A stretch of 64,000 bases of DNA, taken from an uncultured delta proteobacterium (GTDB taxonomy: Bacteria > Desulfobacterota > Binatia > UBA9968). Location: positions 192,001-256,000 of the forward strand of contig CAVUVW010000011.1 in assembly GCA_963745035.1 (NCBI GenBank), given 5' to 3'. Shown in pieces: positions 57,099 to 64,000 of this stretch (positions are counted from its first letter, which is position 1; every line of letters starts with the position of its first letter). The notes beneath the pieces were generated by a model, which was not told the origin of the DNA, made no database searches, and was given only the letters and a program-made list of their open reading frames with translations. The position numbers and the translations under genes are program-made.

Positions 57099-57871
57099 AT
57101 GAGCCTTATCGATAAAATCAAAAGCGATATCGTCGAGAGCCACGTCTGGAAGTCGATCTTTCGCCACGGCTACGAGGACACGCCGCGCAACCGCGTGATG
57201 ATGGTGACGGCCAACGTCTTTCTGCATCTTCATCCCGCCAAGGTGCGGCGCCACGCGGTGCGCATGCGCTTTACCTGGTGCATGGGCGGCCTCACCTTTC
57301 TCATGTTTCTCATCACCGCCGTGACCGGCATCTACCTGATGTTCTACTACCGCCCGGTGGCGGAATACGCCTACGCCGACATGAAGTATCTCGAGTTCGA
57401 CATGCCCTTCGGCATGCTCATGCGCAACATGCACCGCTGGGCGGCGCACGCGATGATCGTGTTCGTCTGGCTGCATATGTTTCGGGTCTTCCTCACCGGC
57501 TCCTACAAGCCGCCGCGCGAGTTCAACTGGATCGTCGGCGTGCTTGCTGCTGGTGCTGACGCTTGCTTTTGAGCTTCACCGGCTACCTGCTGCCGTGGGA
57601 TCAGCTCGCCATCTGGGCCGTCACCGTCGGCTCCAACATGGCGCGCGCCACTCCGTTGCTGGGCTATGAGGGACCGTTCGCCGAGTTCGTCGGCGCCAAT
57701 CCGATCTATGATGCGCGCGCTTTCTTATTTGGCGGCGGCGAGATCGGGCCGCACACGCTGCTGCGCTTCTACATCCTGCACTGCATCTTCATCCCGCTCG
57801 TCGCCAGCATCTTGATGGCCGTGCATTTCTGGCGCATCCGCCGCGACGGTTTCTCCGGTCCGTCGCTCTAG
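57099..57871 (+). CDS. Cytochrome b6-type N-terminal subunit (frameshifted)
   Basis: [32 protein letters not shown] and RFYILH. Confidence 0.92.
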
Positions 57872-57895
57872 CAATTACCCGATCGAGGAAGGCAC

Positions 57896-58668
57896 ATGGC
57901 AGAGGCCGCCCGCGAAAAAAAGCTCCCGCTCGACGATAAGGTCCATACCTGGCCGCACCTGGTGCGCATGGAGTTTCTCTGCGCGCTGTTCATCATGGTC
58001 GCGTTGTCGCTGTGGTCGATCACGATCGACGCGCCGTTGGAAGAGCCGGCCAATCCGACGCGCACGCCCAATCCGTCGAAGGCGCCGTGGTACTTTCTCG
58101 GTTTGCAGGAAATGCTGGTGTACTTCGATCCCTGGCACGCCGGCGTGGTGCTGCCGAGTCTCATCATCGTCGGATTGATGGTGATCCCGTACATCGACAT
58201 CAATCCGCGCGGCAACGGCTACTACTGCTTCAAGGATCGAAAGTGGGAGATCCTCACGTTCTATCTTCGGCTTCCACATTCTCTGGATCGTCATGATCAT
58301 CATCGGCACGTTCTTTCGCGGCCCGGGATGGAACCTGTTCTGGCCGTGGCAGCGCTGGGACCCGCACAAGGTCGTGGCGCTGACCAACGTCGATTTGCCG
58401 TATCTGCTCGGCTTTCGCGATTACTGGCTGTCGGCGGCCTTCGGCCTGTTTTGCCATCGGCGTCTATTTTGTCGTGGGAATGATCGGCTTTTACTATTTC
58501 GTGCTTGAAAGTGAAGGGCAAAGATTTCCTCGAGCGCTGGGGCATGGTGCGCTTTACCATCGTCGGCCTCTTGATCGTGCTCATGATGTCGCTGCCGGTC
58601 AAAATGTTTCTGCGGCTGGTCTTTAACGTCAAGTACGTTCTTAGTCGACTCCCTGGATCAATATCTAA
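57896..58668 (+). CDS. Cytochrome b/b6 subunit IV-like protein (frameshifted)
   Basis: TWPHL, APLEEPANP and NPSKAPWYFLGLQE. Confidence 0.85.
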
Positions 58669-58837
58669 ATGTTCTACGTGGCGAAGATTCTCCAGGCCTT
58701 GGGGCTCGCGGATATCGGCTACGCGCTCTATGTGGGCGTCATGAAAAATTCTTCCATGGCTGAAGAAATCGTGCTCGACGTTGATCGGTCTCGGGATTTT
58801 TTCCCTGGGACGCGCGCTCGAGCGCAAAGCAGCGTAA
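58669..58837 (+). CDS. Small membrane subunit (frameshifted)
   Basis: MFYVAKILQALGLA...; starts immediately after the subunit IV stop. Confidence 0.55.
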
Positions 58838-58847
58838 GGGAGTCGGG

Positions 58848-61543
58848 ATGGCGGAGCGAGGCATCGACCAAAAAGAAGAGAAAAAATCCTACGGCAGCAT
58901 CTTTGTTATCGGCATCGCTCTGTTGGTGGCGTCTGATCCTTTTGGGCTTTCTGGGACGATAACTTCACGCGCCGGCCGTGGAAAAGCGTGCAGGCGAGGT
59001 TCTACCGGCTCGATTACAACAAGGCCAAGGCGGCCTACGAAGAAGAGGACAAGAAGCTTCAAGCCGACGCCAATTACCAGGAGCTTTCGAAAAAACTCGC
59101 GGCGTTCCGCTCCAATCTCGACAACGGCGATTTGGGCAAAAAGCTCAGGGCGCTGGAAAGCGAAGAACAGCGCGCCACGGTCAGGTTTCAAGAGATCGAT
59201 CAAAAGGTCAAGGACGTAAAGAGCGAGCTCGAAGAAGCCTGGTACGAGCACGACCACGCGGTCCAGCAAAAGCGTGATCCGAAACCGTATCTCGAGATCA
59301 TCGCCGAGCTCGACAAACGCCGAGCTCCAACTCGAAAAGGAGCTCGAACCGGCGCGCGCCAAGCGCAATCAGCTCAAGGAAGAAATCAAAACAATTCAGT
59401 CCGGCGCCAAGGAGATCGAGGACGAGCTCACTAAGCTCTCGGCGGAGCGCGATAAATGGGTTCGGGTGATGGACAATGCGACCCTCAAGCTCGGACCCCT
59501 GACCTTGCCGAAGATCCCGAGCATTCAGCAGGTCTCTCTGGATGAATTCGATCGCAACCGCTTCGATCAGCCGGTGGCGCGCGTGGACCGCTGCGTCACC
59601 TGTCACCTGGCGATCAACCGGCCGGGATTCGAAAAGGAGCCCCATCCCTACAGAACTCATCCGCGCCGCGAAGTGCTACTGGCGGATAACGCTCACCCGC
59701 CGGAGAAATTCGGCTGCACCGGCTGCCACGAAGGCCAGGGCGTAGCCGTCAACAGCGTCAAGCAGGCGCACGGCGAAGTTCATCTCTGGGAGTTTCCGCT
59801 GCTGCGCGGCGATAAGGCGCAATCGAGCTGCACGTCCTGCCATCTCGACGTGCAGAAGTTCGCCGAGGACGCGCCGCTGCTGGCCGAAGGGCAGCGGCTC
59901 TTCGAGCAGGTGGGCTGCACGGGCTGCCACTTGGTGAAAGGATACGAAAACATTCCGAAGATCGCGCCGAGCCTGCTCAAAATCAGCGCCAAAGTCGATC
60001 CGAGCTGGATGGTGCGCTGGATCGAGAATCCGCACAAGTTCCGTCCGAAAACGCGCATGCCGAATTTCGAGCTCAAGCAGGACGAGGCGCTGGCGATCGC
60101 GTCGTATATTTGGTCGCAATCGAAGGAAGAAGGCGACAAGTGGACTAAAGAGCATCCCATGCCCGCTTCTTTCCGCGAGGGCGACGCCAACGCGGCGGCG
60201 CGCAGGGAAAGAAACTCGTGGAAACGATCGGCTGCAAGGGCTGTCACGGCTTTGCCGACGGCGAGTTTTCCACGCCGCTCGGCAAAGAAAAGGACCTGGT
60301 GCCCAATCTGAAAGACATCGCGGCGAAAAGCGGACCGCAGTGGATTTATCACTGGATCAAAGATCCGCGCGGCTTTCAGCCGGACACGCGCATGCCGAGC
60401 CTCCGTCTGACTGACGAGGAAGCCGGAGCGATTACTGACTTATCTTACGACGCTGGGGTCAAAGGCGGAGCCGATAGCGGGCATTGAAGAAAAACTCGCC
60501 GATCCGGCCAATATCAAGCGCGGCGAGTCGGCTGGTGCGGCGGTGGGGCTGTTTCGGCTGTCACGAGATCAAGGGCATGGAGAAGGAGTCGCGCATCGGC
60601 GCGGAGCTGACTACTTTCGGCTCGAAAACGGTCGAGGAGCTTTCTTTCGGTAACCGAACCGATGTGAAGCATACCTGGGACGATTGGACGTACCATAAAC
60701 TCAAGTCGCCGCGCGGCTACGCGACGGAGCGGGTCGAGCAGCTCATGCCGCAGTTCAATTTGGCCGATGAGGACATCAAGGCGTTGCGTATCTTGCTCGG
60801 CGGGTTCCGCGAGCGAAAAGTCGCCCAGCGCTACTTGGCCGACCAGGGACTGCGCGTGGAGCAAGTTGTCGAAGGGCGGCGCTTGATGCAGCAATATAAC
60901 TGCGTCGGCTGCCATGAGATTGAAAACCGAGGCGGGTTTGTTAGAAAGTACTACAAGGATAACGAGGCATCTGCGCCGCCGCCGCTCAACGGTGAAGGAG
61001 AAAAAGTCCAGTCGCCGTGGTTTTTTGGATTTCTCAAGGCGCCGATCACCCTGCGGCCCTGGTTGGAGATTCGGATGCCGACTTTCGGTCTTTCCGACGA
61101 CCATACGAATCAGCTGGTGAGCTATTTCAATGGTCTTTCCAAAGTGGATATTCCGTATGCCTACATCGATGACGGAAAGATTCCACCGGGAGCATATCGA
61201 CGCCGCGAAAATTCTCGTATCGAAGGACTATTTCAATTGCTTTAGCTGCCATGTGCAGGGCGGGCGCACTCCGGAAGGCCCCAAAGAAGGCTGGGCGCCC
61301 GATCTGGCCATGGCACGCCAGCGTCTCAATCCCAACTGGATCATCAAGTGGATAAAGGATCCGCAAAAAATTCAACCAGGGACGAAGATGCCGTCATTTT
61401 ATCCAGGCGGCCCCGATGACGTTCTCGGCGGCAAAGAGGATTTGCAGATTCAGGCGTTGCGCGATTATTTGGTCACTCTTGGCCGAAACGGCACGGCTCC
61501 AGCGCCAGCCGCGGCAGCAGTCAAAGTTAAACCAGCGAAATAG
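58848..61543 (+). CDS. Membrane-anchored octaheme cytochrome c with coiled-coil stalk (frameshifted)
   Basis: Eight CxxCH motifs (CVTCH, CTGCH, CTSCH, CTGCH, CKGCH, CFGCH, CVGCH, CFSCH) and repeated MP distal-Met motifs. Confidence 0.87.
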
Positions 61544-61608
61544 TGAATAACGCGGCGCTTGGTTTCGTCAGAATGGTGATGGGTCGTTAAAAGCGAAGGA
61601 GGAAAATC

Positions 61609-62322
61609 ATGAGAAAATTGGGCTCTTTAGTTTTATCGACGGCGCTGATGGCGGTGCCGGTTAGCGGCGTGGCAGCCTATCAAGCCGGCGATGTCAAAGA
61701 CGGCGGCAGCATTTCAGGAACGGTAAAGTTCAAAGGTAATGCGCCGGCGCCGAAAAAGCTCGACGTGGGAAAGGATAAGGAAGTTTGCGACAAGTCTCCC
61801 AAGATGGACCAATCGCTGGTCGTCAATAACGGCAATTTGGCAAATGCCGTGGTCACGATCACGGATATTCAAAAGGGCAAAAAGATTGCGACTCAAAAGG
61901 TAAAGTTGGATCAAAAGGGCTGCGAGTATCAGCCCCACGTGCTGGCCTTTCCCGCGGGAAGCACCGTCGAAATCGTGAACCCGGACGGCATTCTCCACAA
62001 CGTGCATTCTTACAGCAAGGCGAACAGCCCGTTTAATCAGGCGATGCCGAAGTTCAAGAAAACCCTGGACGTTAAGATCGACAAGCCTGAGGTCATCGAA
62101 GTCAAATGCGACGTGCATGGCTGGATGCACGGCTGGCTGGTCTCGGCGCCGACTCCGTATGTCGCGGTGACCGACAACTCGGGTGCTTTCAAGATGACCG
62201 ATGTTCCGGCTGGGTCATACACGGTCGAAGTATGGCACGAGAAGCTCGGTAAGAACACGCAGAAGGTTACCGTCAAAGCGAAGGACGACGCAAAAGTAAA
62301 CTTTGAAATGGCCGGCAAATAG
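61609..62322 (+). CDS. Periplasmic cupredoxin-like / carboxypeptidase-regulatory-like domain protein
   Basis: Signal peptide, LDQKGCEYQPHV, LHNVH and CDVHGWM. Confidence 0.8.
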   Translation: MRKLGSLVLSTALMAVPVSGVAAYQAGDVKDGGSISGTVKFKGNAPAPKKLDVGKDKEVCDKSPKMDQSLVVNNGNLANAVVTITDIQKGKKIATQKVKLDQKGCEYQPHVLAFPAGSTVEIVNPDGILHNVHSYSKANSPFNQAMPKFKKTLDVKIDKPEVIEVKCDVHGWMHGWLVSAPTPYVAVTDNSGAFKMTDVPAGSYTVEVWHEKLGKNTQKVTVKAKDDAKVNFEMAGK

Positions 62323-62345
62323 CCGCGTTCAGGCTCGCTTTACAC

Positions 62346-62380
62346 ACGGCGCCCGGATCTAATCCGGGCGCCGTTTTTTT
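62346..62380 (+). terminator. Intrinsic terminator
   Basis: acggcgcccggat-cta-atccgggcgccgt followed by a T tract. Confidence 0.88.
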
Positions 62381-62416
62381 GTGCGCAGTGGCGCGCTTCG
62401 AAAAACCTTGTGCGCG

Positions 62417-63106
62417 TCATCTTCTGGTATTCTCAACTCGGTGTTTGAAGAAATTCCACGCGCGTTCCATATCGACGGGGGGCAGCGCCTCGATCTGGCG
62501 CTGCTTTGATTCGTCAGGGGTAAGCGGGATCGGCTTGCCGATCTGGAGAGCGCCGTAAAGTATTTCGGCCGCTTCCTCTAAATAGATCGCCATCATCACC
62601 GCTTCGGGAATGGTTCGCCCTACCGTGACCTGGCCATTGCCGCGCAGCAGAATGGCGGGCTTATCGCCCAGCGCCTGAGCCACTTGGTTGCCCAATTGTT
62701 CAGTCGTTATCAGGTCCGGCGTGTGAAAGACCGGGACGCCGCCGGCAAAGAAACTCCCGTGGTTGTGCACCGGCTCAAGGCTGCAATCCGTCACGGAAAA
62801 TATATTCGCCACTCGGGCGTGAATTCGCGCGATCGCATGGACCCGCGGCATGGATTTCATGACCGCGGTATGAAGCCAGCTCTCGGATGGCGTTTGCCGG
62901 TGGCCTTCGACCACTTCGCCGCGAAAATTTAGGGTCAGCAGGTCGGATTCGTCGATCAGAGCCAAGCCGATGCGCGGAGTCATGATGAAAAGCTCGGTGC
63001 CGGGGATGCGGGCGCTGACGTGGCCGAAGCCTTCAACGAGTGTTTTATACGAAAGAATCCGGCAGGCACTGATGATGTCTCGTTTTAAGCCGCTGACGGT
63101 GTCCAT
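62417..63106 (-). CDS. Class II aldolase/adducin family protein
   Basis: GFGHVSAR, PSESWLH and LLRGNG. Confidence 0.85.
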   Translation of the reverse strand: MDTVSGLKRDIISACRILSYKTLVEGFGHVSARIPGTELFIMTPRIGLALIDESDLLTLNFRGEVVEGHRQTPSESWLHTAVMKSMPRVHAIARIHARVANIFSVTDCSLEPVHNHGSFFAGGVPVFHTPDLITTEQLGNQVAQALGDKPAILLRGNGQVTVGRTIPEAVMMAIYLEEAAEILYGALQIGKPIPLTPDESKQRQIEALPPVDMERAWNFFKHRVENTRR

Positions 63107-63179
63107 GGCGCTCCTTTAAAATCTATTATTTTTGCGTTATATTGCGGTCCTGCACGATGCGGGCAAGGATGAGTCGCAC

Positions 63180-63449
63180 ATGAAGATCAAAGTAGAGTCC
63201 CAATCCGACTCCAAAGGACAAGAGAGTCCTACCCGGTTTACGCTCGGAACGCGAACAATCGAAGTGGAAGCATGCGTCGATCGCTGGCATGGCGAGCTGG
63301 CATGTTACTATCGCGTGCTCGGGAGAGACGAAAACTCCTACATCCTTAAAGGCCCCCTCGGCGACGGCTCCTGGGAGTTGGTTTCTTTTACCCATAAAGA
63401 TTCCCGCGGCACCGAATTGGAATACGAAGGCAAAAGGGAACTTCAATAG
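63180..63449 (+). CDS. Small hypothetical protein (DUF6504-like)
   Basis: ESPTRF, VDRWHG, YYRV and WEL. Confidence 0.6.
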   Translation: MKIKVESQSDSKGQESPTRFTLGTRTIEVEACVDRWHGELACYYRVLGRDENSYILKGPLGDGSWELVSFTHKDSRGTELEYEGKRELQ

Positions 63450-63536
63450 AATCCCTCCTTTTGCTTCCCCGCTCGTCTTCTTTCATAATTCTTTCAGCGG
63501 TGAGAGAAATTTCTTGGCACTGAGGTAGGTAGGACT

Positions 63537-64000
63537 ATGTCGGAACAGCACTTAGTCGTTGTGGTCGGCGCGGGGCCCGCCGGAATCTACGGCACGCGCA
63601 AGCTCACCGAAGCGGGACATCGCGTCGTCTTGCTCAACCGCGATATCAAGCCCGGCGGTCTGGCTGAATACGGCATCTTCGTCGATAAGGAAAAGATGAA
63701 GACCGGGCTGCGAAAACAATTCAAGCGTATTCTCGCCGATCCGAAGGTCTTTTATCTGGGCCACGTCACCGTCGGGCGGAACCAGGCGGTAACCCTCGAC
63801 GATTTGAGAGGCATGGGCTTTGGCGCCATCGTCGTTACCGCAGGGGCGCAGGGCACCAAGAAACTGGGCATCGAGGGCGAGGACAATCTCGGCGTCTATC
63901 ATGCCAAAGACGTCGTCTACTACTACAATTCGCTGCCGCCGTTTAGCGAGCAGACTTTCGAGATCGGCAGGCGGGTCGCCATCATCGGCATGGGCAACGT
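63537..64000 (+). CDS. FAD-dependent ferredoxin--NADP reductase (FprA/adrenodoxin reductase-like), truncated at the window edge
   Basis: VVGAGPAGIY, PGGLAEYG and RVAIIGMGN; absent from the ORF track because it has no stop in the window. Confidence 0.8.
   Translation, partial: MSEQHLVVVVGAGPAGIYGTRKLTEAGHRVVLLNRDIKPGGLAEYGIFVDKEKMKTGLRKQFKRILADPKVFYLGHVTVGRNQAVTLDDLRGMGFGAIVVTAGAQGTKKLGIEGEDNLGVYHAKDVVYYYNSLPPFSEQTFEIGRRVAIIGMGN

Noticed and set aside
4787-61543. Widespread pseudogenisation or programmed frameshifting
   Set aside because: Single-base indels hit many long genes, including ispF and cytochrome b, with motifs intact and no shared slippery site; long-read consensus error is more likely. 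Read-level polishing would decide.

Overview
GC-rich bacterial chromosomal segment; the gene content suggests a soil Deltaproteobacteria/Binatota-like genome (inference). Many single-base frameshifts, including in the usually essential ispF, are best explained as long-read assembly errors, so I reconstructed split genes across frames. Main content: a TAXI-TRAP transporter; an orphan RnfD-like/DUF2330 pair; three giant cytoplasmic histidine kinases with 11+10+11 GAF domains by my count, followed by a DivK-like receiver and a receiver-nucleotide cyclase; a Tpx / selenocysteine peroxiredoxin / glutaredoxin cluster; an ActP-type symporter locus; amidohydrolases and MFS transporters; and a Rieske / split cytochrome b / octaheme cytochrome c / cupredoxin-like operon. 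The most striking unexplained signal is intergenic: several families of hairpin elements built from 7-9 bp tandem units. Two families occur both empty (about 100-160 bp) and filled, with a small gene in the apical loop: a GxxExxY PD-(D/E)XK-fold gene and a four-helix-bundle (23S-IVP/Avd-like) gene. Both filled copies interrupt the kinase-receiver-cyclase operon. This looks like a hairpin-cassette mobile element system with no transposase in the window.
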